Shown here: positions 9,563 through 22,428 of the stretch, piece by piece
How the letters are laid out: the number at the start of each line of letters is the position of its first letter
How positions within the stretch are numbered: position 1 is the stretch's first letter
Assembly: GCA_036788695.1 (NCBI GenBank)
Contig: DAIQMY010000005.1
Span: 5,190 to 69,189 of the forward strand
Direction: 5' to 3'
Origin: Candidatus Levyibacteriota bacterium
GTDB lineage: Bacteria; Patescibacteriota; Microgenomatia; Levybacterales; GWA1-39-11
DNA length: 64,000 nt
The notes under the pieces: generated by a model
The model's database searches: none
What the model was told of the DNA's origin: nothing
Seen by the model: the letters and a program-made list of their open reading frames with translations, nothing else
Position numbers and translations under genes: made by a program

Positions 9563-9647
9563 TTGTTTTTTTTCACTATACTAACTTCACAAGCGATAGT
9601 TTATATCGCTTTTTTAAATGGTCGACAGCTATAAATTTTGATATAAT
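9554..9647 (+). promoter_or_regulatory. gyrB upstream region: TTGACA-17-TATACT promoter-like hexamers, an 8-bp perfect hairpin (9591-9611) plus T-run, and an extended -10 TGATATAAT (9639-9647)
   Basis: Read directly in the sequence. The hairpin is in terminator orientation on the + strand and may insulate gyrB from pilBTC read-through. Confidence 0.3.
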
Positions 9648-9722
9648 GAAATTAGTCCAAAAAGAGCATTTCAGATTTATAAATAAAATTGCATTACGCG
9701 AAAAATTGAGGTTCTCATATAA

Positions 9723-11684
<1,962 letters not shown>

Positions 11685-11698
11685 GTGGTTTTTAGGAG

Positions 11699-12220
11699 GT
11701 GAAGCGAAATATTATGAAATTAACAGCAGGAGAAAAAGCACCAGAACAAGTAAATGTACTTATTGAAATCCCATCAGGATCATCAATAAAATATGAGCTT
11801 GATAAAGATAGTGAAGTAGTATTTGTGGACAGGTTTCTACACACAGCTATGTACTATCCCTTTAACTATGGTTTCATCCCGGGCACACAAGCTCCAGATG
11901 GGGATCCGGTTGATGTTTTAGTTTTATCTGAACAATCCATTGCACCGGGCTGTGCCATAAAAGCCGTACCTATTGGATTTTTGGAGATGGAAGATGAAGA
12001 AGGAGTTGACGCGAAAGTAATCGCTGTTCCACCCACAAAAATTGATCCATTTTATGGAACGTTCACATCTATTGATCAAATACCTGAAGCATTGAGGAAT
12101 AAAATTAAACACTTTTTTGAGAATTATAAAACACTTGAACCTGGAAAATGGATTAAGATAAAAGACTGGAAAGGAAAAGAGGAAGCACTTGCGGAAATTA
12201 CAAAAGGAATGAGTAAGTAA
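11699..12220 (+). CDS. ppa: inorganic pyrophosphatase (family I)
   Basis: [16 protein letters not shown]...[10 protein letters not shown] family I PPase signature. Confidence 0.85.
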   Translation: MKRNIMKLTAGEKAPEQVNVLIEIPSGSSIKYELDKDSEVVFVDRFLHTAMYYPFNYGFIPGTQAPDGDPVDVLVLSEQSIAPGCAIKAVPIGFLEMEDEEGVDAKVIAVPPTKIDPFYGTFTSIDQIPEALRNKIKHFFENYKTLEPGKWIKIKDWKGKEEALAEITKGMSK

Positions 12221-12321
12221 TTACTAATTCCTAATTGATCTAATTTTAAAAAGACGATTTATAAGAATCGTGATGAGACTAAGAATTAGGTTAATTAGAA
12301 GTTACATAATTATATTTATAT

Positions 12322-14811
12322 ATGGCTGATAATATTGGAAAACTTGAGCATGTAGAACTAGGAGTAGAGGCGCAAAAAGCGTATTTAGATTACGCAATGA
12401 GCGTTATTGTTTCTCGTGCTTTACCAGACGTAAGAGACGGTCTCAAACCGGTTCATAGAAGAATTCTTTTTGCTATGAATGAATTGGGTCTTAACCCTAC
12501 TTCTAAATTTAAAAAGTCAGCTACGATAGTCGGAGAAGTTATGGGTAAATATCATCCACATGGAGATATGGCAATTTATGACACGCTCGTCAGGCTTGCC
12601 CAAGACTTCTCAATGCGGTATCCCCTCATTCACGGACAGGGAAATTTTGGATCTATGGATGGGGATAGTGCCGCCGCTATGCGTTACACAGAGGCAAAAC
12701 TAGCAGCAATTGCAGGAGAAATGCTCAGAGATATTGAAAAAGAAACTGTTGATTTTTCCCCTAACTTTGACGCAACAATCCAAGAGCCTGTATACCTTCC
12801 AAGCTTACTCCCCAATCTGCTTCTTGCAGGATCAGAGGGAATTGCGGTTGGAATGGCCACAAAAATCCCTCCTCATAACTTAACAGAGGTTGTTGACGCG
12901 GCCATTTTTCTCATTGGAAGAACAAAAGTTGAAAAATCAGAGACAGGGGGAGTAGCATCTCTTACATCTGATGTCTCAATCGATGAGCTTATTGACTATG
13001 TAAAAGGTCCAGACTTTCCCACTGGAGGAGCTATATTTGATATTAACGAAATTAAAAATGTTTATAGAACTGGACGTGGAAAAATCATCATCCGGGGAAT
13101 CGCTGAGATTGAGGATATAGGACAGGGGAAAAGCGCAATCATTATTCGTGAAATTCCTTATCAAGTAAATAAATCAGCATTAGTTTCAAAAATTGCGGAA
13201 CTTGCAAAAGACAAGCGTATTGAGGGAATATCAGATCTTCGTGACGAATCAGACAGGCATGGAGTACGAGTAGTAGTTGAACTAAAAAGAGATGCAACCC
13301 CTAAAAAAATCTTAAATAATCTCTACAAGCTCACCTATCTTCAGACTCAATTTCCGGCAAATTTCGTAGCATTGGTTGATGGTGTACCTAAAACGGTTAA
13401 TCTTAAAATTATTCTTGAGGAATATGTAAAACATAGATTTTCAGTTGTGACTCGTCGCTCAGAATTTGAATTGAGAGAAGCCCAGGCTCGACTTCACATT
13501 CTAGACGGATTGCTCATTGCGGTAAACAACATAGACGCAGTGATCAAACTTATTCGCGAATCAGAAAGCGCAGATCATGCCCGGGGAAGACTCATGGAGC
13601 AATTTAAACTATCGGAAATTCAATCTACCGCAATCTTGGATATGCAACTAAGACGTCTGGCAGCGCTAGAACGTGAGAAACTTGAAGATGAATGGAAGAT
13701 AGTGAAAGAACTTATTGACTATCTTAACTCAATACTAGGGGACTCTGTTAAAATGCTTTCGGTTATTCGGGAGGAAATTGAAAAATTAAAAGAAAAGTTT
13801 CAAGATCCAAGACGAACAAGAGTATATAAATCCAAGGTTGATGAGTTTTCAGATGAAGATCTTATTCAAAACGAGCCTACAGTCATAACGATAACTCAAT
13901 CAGGATATATAAAACGACAAAGTATTACCTCATTTAAGACTCAACACAGAGGCGGCAAGGGTGTCTCAGGCATGACAACGAAAGAAGATGACGCGATAGA
14001 ACACATTCTGTATTCTGAAACTCATGATTTTGTCTTGTTTTATACAAATACAGGAAAAGTATACCAAACACGCGTATTTGAAATTCCTGAATCGTCCCGT
14101 GTTGCAAAAGGACAGGCAATAGTTAACCTCATTGATATGCCATCAGGTGAAACCATAAAATCAATTCTCACATATAATCCAAAAGAAAAGGCAGCAAATA
14201 AATTTGTTTTAATGGCCACAAAAAAAGGTGAAATTAAAAAGACTGGAATAGATGAGTTTAAAAATATCAGAAAATCAGGAATTCTTGCAATAAATATTCA
14301 AAAAAACGATGAACTATCCTTTGTTGATTTCACGAACGGAGACAATGACATCTTGCTCGTTACAAAAAGCGGAAAAATCATCTCTTTTAATGAATCTCAA
14401 ATCAGAGCAACTGGAAGGTCTTCTATGGGAGTACGGGGTATTAAGCTAGTCGGAAGCGACATGGTAGTAGCAGCTGATGTTCTTGAGAAAAATTCAAATA
14501 AAAATCTACTTGTTATAACGGAAAATGGGATTGGAAAGAAAACACACGTTTCTGAATTTAGAAATCAGAACAGAGGAGGACAAGGAATCCGCGTCGCACA
14601 TATCACTGAAAAAACAGGAACTATCGTATTCTCAACCGTTATATCAGATAAGGCAAAAGAAGTAATTATTACATCTCTTAAAGGAGTTATCGTAAAACTA
14701 GACTTAACCTCTATACCGCTTCTCTCAAGAAACGCACAAGGAGTTATCCTTATGCGTTTTAAAAATGCCTCAGACAAAGTCGCGACTGCAACCGCAGTTG
14801 AAGCAGAGTAG
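12322..14811 (+). CDS. gyrA: DNA gyrase subunit A
   Basis: [25 protein letters not shown], an active-site region and a GyrA-box-like TQHRGGKG in the C-terminal domain. Confidence 0.9.
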   Translation: MADNIGKLEHVELGVEAQKAYLDYAMSVIVSRALPDVRDGLKPVHRRILFAMNELGLNPTSKFKKSATIVGEVMGKYHPHGDMAIYDTLVRLAQDFSMRYPLIHGQGNFGSMDGDSAAAMRYTEAKLAAIAGEMLRDIEKETVDFSPNFDATIQEPVYLPSLLPNLLLAGSEGIAVGMATKIPPHNLTEVVDAAIFLIGRTKVEKSETGGVASLTSDVSIDELIDYVKGPDFPTGGAIFDINEIKNVYRTGRGKIIIRGIAEIEDIGQGKSAIIIREIPYQVNKSALVSKIAELAKDKRIEGISDLRDESDRHGVRVVVELKRDATPKKILNNLYKLTYLQTQFPANFVALVDGVPKTVNLKIILEEYVKHRFSVVTRRSEFELREAQARLHILDGLLIAVNNIDAVIKLIRESESADHARGRLMEQFKLSEIQSTAILDMQLRRLAALEREKLEDEWKIVKELIDYLNSILGDSVKMLSVIREEIEKLKEKFQDPRRTRVYKSKVDEFSDEDLIQNEPTVITITQSGYIKRQSITSFKTQHRGGKGVSGMTTKEDDAIEHILYSETHDFVLFYTNTGKVYQTRVFEIPESSRVAKGQAIVNLIDMPSGETIKSILTYNPKEKAANKFVLMATKKGEIKKTGIDEFKNIRKSGILAINIQKNDELSFVDFTNGDNDILLVTKSGKIISFNESQIRATGRSSMGVRGIKLVGSDMVVAADVLEKNSNKNLLVITENGIGKKTHVSEFRNQNRGGQGIRVAHITEKTGTIVFSTVISDKAKEVIITSLKGVIVKLDLTSIPLLSRNAQGVILMRFKNASDKVATATAVEAE

Positions 14812-14822
14812 AAACAATACAC

Positions 14823-15872
14823 ATGCAATCATTTGTAATAAGAACAAGTATTCTTTTGCTTTTTTCTCTTTTTTTTATTGTACTTTTGTATATCGTTCTT
14901 TCAGATAGAAAAACAGGTAATCTTCCCGTAACAGAAAGTAACTCAAACTCTGCCGCCCTAGAAAATCCTCTTTCTGTCATTGCCATGAGAAGTCGTTCAT
15001 ACCCAGGATCAGAACTTGTCATTGAAGAAGAATTGCCAGAAGGCGCAAACTACAAACAGTATGTCGCGTCATATTTTTCCGATGATTTAAAGATTTATGG
15101 ACTGCTTACTATCCCTACGTCAAAAAAACCAGAAAAAGGCTATCCTGCGATCATTTTTAACCATGGCTATATACCTCCCGCGGAATATAAGACTACCGAA
15201 AGATATGTTTCATATCAAGACTCACTTGCACGAAATGGATATATTACTTTTAAGTCGGATTATAGGGGGCATGGAAACTCTGAGGGAAATCCTGAGGGTG
15301 CTTATTTTTCGCCCGCGTACACAGTTGACGTATTAAACGCGCTCTCAAGCGTAAAGAAGCTATCACAAGTAGATACAAATAATATAGGCATGTGGGGACA
15401 CTCGCTCGGGGGAAACATTACTCAACGAGCTCTAGTTGTAAAACCCCAAGATATACAAGCAGCTGTTATATGGGGTGGAGTAGTAGGATCATATGAAGAT
15501 ATTTTTTCTGAGTGGTGGAACAAACGTCAAGTACCCACGACAACACCTCGTAATCCTGAACAACAATCCTATAGGCCCACTCGTCAAAATTTTATAAATA
15601 TGTATGGGCAGCCAAGCGCAGGCAATCCTTTTTGGGCTGATATTTCACCTACTACTTACATTTCCGATGTTTCTTCGCCTGTACAACTTCATCATGGGCT
15701 AGCAGACGAAACAGTACCGTACGCGCTTTCCCAAAAGTATTATGACGCACTTAAAGATAAAGGAAAGACTGCGGAAGTCTTTTATTATGAAAATACTGAT
15801 CACAATATCTCACAATCTTTCAACTTAGCAATGGAGCGTTCAGTTGACTTTTTTGACAAATATCTTAAATAA
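14823..15872 (+). CDS. membrane-anchored alpha/beta-hydrolase (S9/dienelactone-hydrolase-like)
   Basis: N-terminal TM segment, a GHSLGG nucleophile elbow and a C-terminal HHG...D...H region. Confidence 0.55.
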   Translation: MQSFVIRTSILLLFSLFFIVLLYIVLSDRKTGNLPVTESNSNSAALENPLSVIAMRSRSYPGSELVIEEELPEGANYKQYVASYFSDDLKIYGLLTIPTSKKPEKGYPAIIFNHGYIPPAEYKTTERYVSYQDSLARNGYITFKSDYRGHGNSEGNPEGAYFSPAYTVDVLNALSSVKKLSQVDTNNIGMWGHSLGGNITQRALVVKPQDIQAAVIWGGVVGSYEDIFSEWWNKRQVPTTTPRNPEQQSYRPTRQNFINMYGQPSAGNPFWADISPTTYISDVSSPVQLHHGLADETVPYALSQKYYDALKDKGKTAEVFYYENTDHNISQSFNLAMERSVDFFDKYLK

Positions 15873-15879
15873 TACATAT

Positions 15880-16422
15880 ATGCAGCTTCCAGAAAAATCT
15901 TCGCCCGTAGAGGAAAGGGTAGTGAAATTAATAATTTTTATTGGTGAACGACTGGCTATTATCTTGTTTGCAATTTTTGCAACAACACTTTTATTTACAA
16001 GCTTTACAACTCAAGCATTTTCAAAGCAGGAGGAAGCAGAATTTGTAAAGCCAGACAGCAATTGGTACCAAAAGAATATCACACTTCCCGCTCTCAAATC
16101 TGAATATAAATCTGTGGAATATACAATTTCCGAAGCTCAAATAACCCCTACACCAAACAGTAAAATAGAGCACGCTAATGCTTCTGATAACTCAATTTGG
16201 GAAAAATTAGCACAATGTGAGACTCATGGAAATTGGAGTGCTGATACAGGAAATGGATATTACGGTGGACTTCAATTTAATATGTCAGCCTGGCAGGCCG
16301 CAGGCGGATCAGGAAATCCTGCCCAAACTTCAAAAGACGAACAAATAATGAGAGGAAAGATACTTCAGGAAAAACGAGGTTGGGGCCCATGGGGAGCCTG
16401 CGCAAAAAAACTAGGACTCTAA
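15880..16422 (+). CDS. transglycosylase-like (Rpf-like) domain protein, membrane-anchored
   Basis: C-terminal CETHGNWSADTGNGYYGGLQFNMSAWQAAGG...WGPWGAC matches the resuscitation-promoting-factor / transglycosylase-like domain. Confidence 0.6.
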   Translation: MQLPEKSSPVEERVVKLIIFIGERLAIILFAIFATTLLFTSFTTQAFSKQEEAEFVKPDSNWYQKNITLPALKSEYKSVEYTISEAQITPTPNSKIEHANASDNSIWEKLAQCETHGNWSADTGNGYYGGLQFNMSAWQAAGGSGNPAQTSKDEQIMRGKILQEKRGWGPWGACAKKLGL

Positions 16423-16522
16423 TCACTTGCTTATCAACTTATAGTAATTTTGCTCGAAAACTAATTAAAATACGCTATATCTAAAAATAGAACCTTGCTC
16501 CCTCTTAAAATTTTTTTATTTT

Positions 16523-17377
16523 ATGTATAATGTCAGTATGGAATTATCAGGCAGAGTTCTTTCAGGACAAATCTTGCAGGGAGTAAGGGAAAAAGTGGCA
16601 AAACTTGCACAAAAAGGTATCATCCCAGAGTTAGCAATTATCACTGTCGGAGGAGAGGAAGCCTGGCTGTCCTATGTTTCTCAAAAATTAAAAACTGCTG
16701 AACGACTTGGCATTAAAACAGTTTTAACAAATTTGTCATCAAATAAAGAAGATGAACTCCTGCATGCAATCCAAAAATTAAATAACAATACAAATGTTCA
16801 TGGCATAATAGTTCAGCGCCCTATACCTCAAACCTACTCCCGAGAAAAGATAGTAAACAGCATTGAGAATGTGAAAGACATTGATGGATTTAGATCTGAT
16901 TCGTTATATATTGTTCCAGTTTTACTCGCCATACAACATTTTATCAGAGAAGCATATGGAGTGCTAACAGCCTCGGATTTAAAAAAAGTGTTGATAAATA
17001 AAGCCGTTTGTGTAGTCGGAAAAGGAGAAACAGCCGGAGGTCCAGTAACAAAATGGCTATCCACTCTAGGAGTAGCTTACACTACTATTGATAGCAAAAC
17101 AAAAAACCCTTGTCAAGAACTGAAAAAAGCAGACCTTATAATTTGCGCAGTTGGAAAGAGTGGAGTAGTGAAATCAACTTGCCTTAAGCAAGGGGTCGTG
17201 CTTATTGGCGTTGGAACACACAAGGAGAACGGTAAGCTTACAGGAGATTATTATGTTGAAGATATAAAAAAGGTGGCTCGTATATGGACACCAACACCTG
17301 GAGGAGTTGGACCATTGAACCTCGCATATCTTTTTCAAAATTTAGTAAAAGCGGCGGAAAAAATAAACAAAGAGTAA
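16523..17377 (+). CDS. folD: bifunctional methylenetetrahydrofolate dehydrogenase/cyclohydrolase
   Basis: IIVQRPIP, VVGKGETAGGPV and PGGVGPLNLAYL motifs. A TATAAT at about 16502 is a candidate -10. Confidence 0.85.
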   Translation: MYNVSMELSGRVLSGQILQGVREKVAKLAQKGIIPELAIITVGGEEAWLSYVSQKLKTAERLGIKTVLTNLSSNKEDELLHAIQKLNNNTNVHGIIVQRPIPQTYSREKIVNSIENVKDIDGFRSDSLYIVPVLLAIQHFIREAYGVLTASDLKKVLINKAVCVVGKGETAGGPVTKWLSTLGVAYTTIDSKTKNPCQELKKADLIICAVGKSGVVKSTCLKQGVVLIGVGTHKENGKLTGDYYVEDIKKVARIWTPTPGGVGPLNLAYLFQNLVKAAEKINKE

Positions 17378-17436
17378 ATATCCTAGAGTAATAATCTGCC
17401 TCGATTTTTTTCTATCAAAGCTATACAATAAAAGCT

Positions 17437-18705
17437 ATGGGTTCAAGAATCAAAAATATGTTTTTCTTTCCAGTTGCATACTACTTTGCATTTTTTGCTC
17501 AAATAAGACTTAGGAAATGGCAACCAAGAATTATAGTAATTACAGGATCAACAGGTAAAACTACACTGTTTACGCTTATTGAATCACAACTGGGAAATAG
17601 CGCTCATTACTCTCACCACGCAAATTCCGCAATAGGCATACCTTTTGATATTCTAGACCTCCATAGAAAAACACTAAAACCAATAGAATGGGTGTCTCTT
17701 GTTCTGAAGGCTCCAATTCAAGCATTCAAAGCTCCTTACTCACAAAAACTATACATAGTAGAATGTGATGCTGATAGGCCTGGAGAAGGAAAATTTCTTG
17801 CTCATCTATTAAGGCCTGAAGCAACTCTATGGATATCATCCGGCAGAACTCACAGCATGAATTTTGACAAATTAGTGCCCGACTCTTTTAAAAACGTAGA
17901 AGATGCAATAGCATATGAATTTGGTAACTTTATTGAAAAAACAAATTCACTTGTAGTAATAAATGGTGATTCAAACCTTATGGAAAAACAGCTCAAGAGA
18001 ACAGGAGCTACAATTCAAAAAGTCACGATAAAAAATCTAAGTAATTATGAAATATCAAATAGCGGTACAGTTTTTAGCTTAGGGGAAACAAGAGTTAAAC
18101 TCAAGGCATTACTTCCGAAAGAAATTTACTACTCAATTCAAATGACAAAAATACTATGTGAATATCTTCAAAAACCTTTTGATCCATCATTTCCCAGCCT
18201 TAAACTTCCGCCTGCGAGAAGCTCACTATTCAGGGGCATAAAAAATATTACCATAATTGACTCAACTTATAATGCAAATTTTTCTTCTATGCATGCAGTT
18301 GTCACTATGTTTAACGCATATCCCGCAAAACAAAAATGGGTCGTAATAGGCGACATGCTTGAGCAAGGCAAGGAGGAGAAGGAGGAGCATGAAAAACTTG
18401 CAGCTTTATTACTTGAACAAAATTACAAAAGAATAGTACTACTTGGACCTAGGGTAAAAAAATATACATATCCCAAGCTTCTGGAAAAGCTTCCCACAAA
18501 CACTCCAGTTGCTGTGTTTGAGAACCCGAAAGAAGTTCTCATACATCTTCAAGAAAACATACGGGGAGGGGAAACTATTCTTTTTAAGGGAGCCAGATTT
18601 CTGGAAGGAGTGATTGAGAACCTATTACTTGATAAAAAAGAAAAGTCACGGCTTGTTCGTCGGGAAAAAGTCTGGGAAGAACGGAGGAAAAAATGGGGGC
18701 TCTAG
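17437..18705 (+). CDS. Mur-ligase-family amide ligase (N-terminal TM anchor, PgsB/CapB- or MurF-like)
   Basis: Mur ligase P-loop IIVITGSTGKTTL is preceded by a hydrophobic segment. No MurF N-terminal domain is recognisable. Confidence 0.5.
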   Translation: MGSRIKNMFFFPVAYYFAFFAQIRLRKWQPRIIVITGSTGKTTLFTLIESQLGNSAHYSHHANSAIGIPFDILDLHRKTLKPIEWVSLVLKAPIQAFKAPYSQKLYIVECDADRPGEGKFLAHLLRPEATLWISSGRTHSMNFDKLVPDSFKNVEDAIAYEFGNFIEKTNSLVVINGDSNLMEKQLKRTGATIQKVTIKNLSNYEISNSGTVFSLGETRVKLKALLPKEIYYSIQMTKILCEYLQKPFDPSFPSLKLPPARSSLFRGIKNITIIDSTYNANFSSMHAVVTMFNAYPAKQKWVVIGDMLEQGKEEKEEHEKLAALLLEQNYKRIVLLGPRVKKYTYPKLLEKLPTNTPVAVFENPKEVLIHLQENIRGGETILFKGARFLEGVIENLLLDKKEKSRLVRREKVWEERRKKWGL

Positions 18706-19391
18706 AGAAAAAAATATACATATTACATGGATGGACAACTGACGTTACCCGATGGGAACCGTTTTTAACTGAACTGAAAAATTTAAAAATTACACCAATT
18801 CTTCTTCCTATTCCTGGACTGACAGCACCGCTTGATAAACCATGGGGTTTAGACGATTACGTTCAATGGCTCTACGAAATTGTCAATAAAGAGCCAAAAA
18901 TTGCACTTCTTGGACATTCCAATGGTGGAAGAATAGCCCTTTCCTTCGCGATTAAATATCCTGAAGAGATTAATCAGTTGTTCTTATTAGACAGTGCTGG
19001 AATTTATCATAACGATTTTATATCGCGCACAAAAAGAAATGCATTCCGAACAATCTCTAAGCTTGGGAAGAAGTTTACCAATAATTCATCCGCAAAAAAT
19101 TTACTCTATAAAATAGCACAAGAGTCAGATTATAAAAATGCTAACCTAATACAGCAAGAAACCATGAAAAAGCTTATAGCAGTCGATCTTCTCCCAAAGC
19201 TGTCTGAAGTAAAAGCTCAAACATACATAATCTGGGGAAAAAATGACCATGTGACACCTTACACTGACGCGCTTATTTTAAAATCAGGCATACAAAACTC
19301 AAAGCTTTTTACCATTACCGATGGTGCACACTCACCACAATTTACCCACACATCTGACGTTGTAAATATTATAAAGGAGAATTTAGTTTGA
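18693..19391 (+). CDS. alpha/beta-hydrolase fold protein
   Basis: LLGHSNGGRIALSF nucleophile elbow. The start overlaps the upstream gene by 13 bp. Confidence 0.55.
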   Translation: MGALEKKIYILHGWTTDVTRWEPFLTELKNLKITPILLPIPGLTAPLDKPWGLDDYVQWLYEIVNKEPKIALLGHSNGGRIALSFAIKYPEEINQLFLLDSAGIYHNDFISRTKRNAFRTISKLGKKFTNNSSAKNLLYKIAQESDYKNANLIQQETMKKLIAVDLLPKLSEVKAQTYIIWGKNDHVTPYTDALILKSGIQNSKLFTITDGAHSPQFTHTSDVVNIIKENLV

Positions 19392-20563
19392 ACATCTTTA
19401 ATTCACTCGGATCAAACTATACGTTTTCATTTGTGCTAAACAGTTTAAAAAAGAGGGACGTAAATTCCCGAAGTAAGCTTTCAAAGTATCTTCAAAAAAG
19501 ATATAGCGGGGAAGTAATTCTCACACATAAGGGACGAGACGCCATGGGAATTGCTCTTCGGGAGCTTTCCCTCCCCCCGAAAAGCAAGATAGCAGTAACA
19601 GGATTCACATGCATTGCGGTAATAGAGTCTATTGAGAAGCAAAACCTAACCGCGTATTTTTTAGACATAGACGAGAAATCGCTCAATTTTACAAGTGAGG
19701 AGCTAGAAAAAGCTATACAGAAAGAAAAAATTAAAGCTGTTATTGTACAAAATACTTTAGGATTCCCTTGTAACATAGAAAAAATTCAAAGTATATGCAA
19801 AAAACACCATATTGTACTTATTGAAGACCTTGCGCATTCTATAGGCACTGTTTACCAAAACGGAAATGAGGCAGGAACTGTGGGAGATTTTACCGTGCTA
19901 TCTTTCTCTCAGGATAAAGTTGTTGACAGCGTATCAGGAGGTGCAGTTATCGCAAGGAAGCACGGTATAAAAAACACCAAAGAGAAAAAAAGCAAAGAGA
20001 GCAATTCCGAAAAAATATATCCACTCCTAACATGGACCATTCGAAAAACATATCCTATAAAGATAGGGGTCTTGTTGCACATTGCAAGCAAAAAACTAAA
20101 ATTTCTATCTGACCCCATGAAAAACTCAACTAATCAAAAGCTAACCTCATGGCATGCTGGTCTAATTCTTTCTGGTTTCAATTTACTTGCGGAATCAATT
20201 CAACATAAAAGAAATATCGCACAGATCTATACAAAATATCTTCCTGAATATATACAGTCAAATGAGATTTCAAAGCTTATACCTATTGGTACAAACTTAA
20301 GATTTCCAATTTTTATAAAAAACAGAGACTCACTTATTGCGTATCTTCAAACAAAAGGGGTCTATGTTTCTGATATATGGTATGACGCGCCTGTTGCTCC
20401 CAAAAAATACCTTGGCCTTGCCCGGTATCCAAAAGATACATGCCCTAATGCTCAAAACGTCGCAAACAGAATCATAAATCTTCCAACACATAAAAACATT
20501 TCTGAAAAAAACGCCCGTACATTATCTAAATTAATTACTGTATGGTTACAACAAAACAAATAA
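19388..20563 (+). CDS. DegT/DnrJ/EryC1-family PLP-dependent aminotransferase
   Basis: LSFSQDKVVDSVSGGAVI (PLP-lysine region), a fold-type I layout and a 4-bp ATGA overlap with the upstream gene. Confidence 0.6.
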   Translation: MNIFNSLGSNYTFSFVLNSLKKRDVNSRSKLSKYLQKRYSGEVILTHKGRDAMGIALRELSLPPKSKIAVTGFTCIAVIESIEKQNLTAYFLDIDEKSLNFTSEELEKAIQKEKIKAVIVQNTLGFPCNIEKIQSICKKHHIVLIEDLAHSIGTVYQNGNEAGTVGDFTVLSFSQDKVVDSVSGGAVIARKHGIKNTKEKKSKESNSEKIYPLLTWTIRKTYPIKIGVLLHIASKKLKFLSDPMKNSTNQKLTSWHAGLILSGFNLLAESIQHKRNIAQIYTKYLPEYIQSNEISKLIPIGTNLRFPIFIKNRDSLIAYLQTKGVYVSDIWYDAPVAPKKYLGLARYPKDTCPNAQNVANRIINLPTHKNISEKNARTLSKLITVWLQQNK

Positions 20564-21555
20564 CAAGTAGGAGCGAGTGGGAAAAATTCCTAGAGAAACA
20601 TCCAGAAGCAAATTTTCTTCAAAGTTTTGCATGGGGAGAATTTCACAAATCACTTGGGCACAAAATTTTTCGTTCTGGATTTTATGATAATGGGAAGTTA
20701 TGCGGTGTTATGTTGTCGATTACTGAACATGCACGTCGCGGAACATATCTAACAGTACCCGCAGGTCCTATTATTGATCTTAGTCAAAAAATATATGCAA
20801 GCGCGTTTGTAAAGGAAGTTAGAAGAATAGGAAAAGAAAATTCTTGCGCGTTTGTAAGAGTAAGACCACAGCTATTATCAACTACTACCTCAGTCAAACT
20901 ATTTAAAGCGCTTGGCTTCAGAAATGCTCCCATGCATCTCCATGCAGAACTAACAAATCAACTTGATATAACAAAAACTGAAGATGAACTTTTGTCAGCT
21001 ATGAGAAAAGGAACGCGCTATGAAATAAGAAAGGCACAAAAAATAGGAGTAACAATCTCAGAAAGTATAAACCCAGATGACATAGATATGTTCTATCAAA
21101 TGCAAATGAGAACTGCAAAACGCCAAGATTTTGTTCCGTTTACAAAAAACTTTTTAAAAACCCAATTTGAAACTTTTGTAAAAGAAAAAAACGCGGTATT
21201 ATATTCTTCATTTTTTGAGGATAAACTTCTCTCTCAAGCGTATGTAATTTTCTATGGAAAAGAAGCAGTATACCATTATGGTGCATCGACTGATACGGGA
21301 AGAGAGTATCCAGGCGCGTATCTTCTGCAATGGCACGCAATACAAGAAGCAAAAAAAAGAAACATCACACGATATAATTTTTGGGGGGTTGCACCCTCCG
21401 CAAACCACAGATTTTCTAATTTATCACTTTTTAAAAGAGGGTTTGGAGGAGAAGATGTTGAATACCTTCATGCACAAGATCTTGTATTAAGCTATCCAAA
21501 ATACCTTATAAACCTTTTAGTAGAACTGTTAAGAAAAAAAATTAGACGAGTGTAA
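20542..21555 (+). CDS. FemAB-family (aminoacyl-tRNA-dependent peptidoglycan peptidyltransferase-like) protein
   Basis: N-terminal EWEKFLEKHPEANFLQSFAWGEF..., with length and layout typical of the FemABX family. Confidence 0.6.
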   Translation: MVTTKQITSRSEWEKFLEKHPEANFLQSFAWGEFHKSLGHKIFRSGFYDNGKLCGVMLSITEHARRGTYLTVPAGPIIDLSQKIYASAFVKEVRRIGKENSCAFVRVRPQLLSTTTSVKLFKALGFRNAPMHLHAELTNQLDITKTEDELLSAMRKGTRYEIRKAQKIGVTISESINPDDIDMFYQMQMRTAKRQDFVPFTKNFLKTQFETFVKEKNAVLYSSFFEDKLLSQAYVIFYGKEAVYHYGASTDTGREYPGAYLLQWHAIQEAKKRNITRYNFWGVAPSANHRFSNLSLFKRGFGGEDVEYLHAQDLVLSYPKYLINLLVELLRKKIRRV

Positions 21556-21593
21556 TGCTACATTAATAAATTTACCACTCATTAAAAACTTCA

Positions 21594-21625
21594 CCTTGAC
21601 ACTATTTATTTTCTGGTATAAGCTA
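21594..21625 (+). promoter_or_regulatory. candidate sigma70-type promoter (TTGACA ... TGGTATAAG extended -10) for the SIMPL gene
   Basis: Hexamers read directly. The spacer is a short 15 nt. Confidence 0.35.
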
Positions 21626-21630
21626 ATACT

Positions 21631-22401
21631 GTGATCAAGGTCTTCTTTAAGAATTATTTACTATCTCCAATTTGCTATATAGTACTTACGCTAATTACTC
21701 TTTTCATTTTAAATCAATTCTCGTATTTTAATATTTCACTGAGTTCAAATAATAATTACAACACATTTGAAGTGATTGGAACTGGTAAGGTAACTGCGGC
21801 TCCAAATATAGCTACCACACTATTTACAATAGAAGAAAAGGGCACTACACAGGAACAAGCTAAAAACTCTGCAAACGCAAAACAAAACCAGGCAATAAAA
21901 GACTTAACAGCTTTGGGTATCCCAAAAGCTAATATAAAAACGACTGGCTTTTTTGTCAATCCTAATTTTGAAGATGAAACCTTAACGCTACAGGCACCGG
22001 CAAGACGAGTGCAGCAAGGATATATTGCTACAGTCACAACGCAGGTCAAAGGAGAAAATGTTGACCAAATAAATAAAGCAATTGATAAACTCACAGCACT
22101 AGGAATAAATGTAGGCGGAGTAGAGTATCAATATAAAGACAAACAACAATATGTAAACGAGGCACAGGACAAGGCTATCGCAAACGCCAAGGAGCAGGCA
22201 CAAAATATTGCAAAAGCAGCAGGGTTTAAACTTGGGAAAATTGTAACTGTAAGAAATGCGGCAAACGACGGACAATATCAGCCTTATTCATCAGAAGCAA
22301 TGAACCTAACTAAAACTGCCCCTGATACAAACACGCAACTTCAGCCTGGAGAAAATGAAATTACTTCTCAGATGGGAGTTACTTACTACATTAGAAATTA
22401 G
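21631..22401 (+). CDS. SIMPL-domain (DUF541) secreted/periplasmic protein
   Basis: FEVIGTGKVTAAPNIATTLFTIE ... KLGKIVTV layout typical of the SIMPL/26 kDa periplasmic immunogenic protein family. Confidence 0.55.
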   Translation: MIKVFFKNYLLSPICYIVLTLITLFILNQFSYFNISLSSNNNYNTFEVIGTGKVTAAPNIATTLFTIEEKGTTQEQAKNSANAKQNQAIKDLTALGIPKANIKTTGFFVNPNFEDETLTLQAPARRVQQGYIATVTTQVKGENVDQINKAIDKLTALGINVGGVEYQYKDKQQYVNEAQDKAIANAKEQAQNIAKAAGFKLGKIVTVRNAANDGQYQPYSSEAMNLTKTAPDTNTQLQPGENEITSQMGVTYYIRN

Positions 22402-22428
22402 CCCGCATACCAAAGTTATTCGCTTCAC

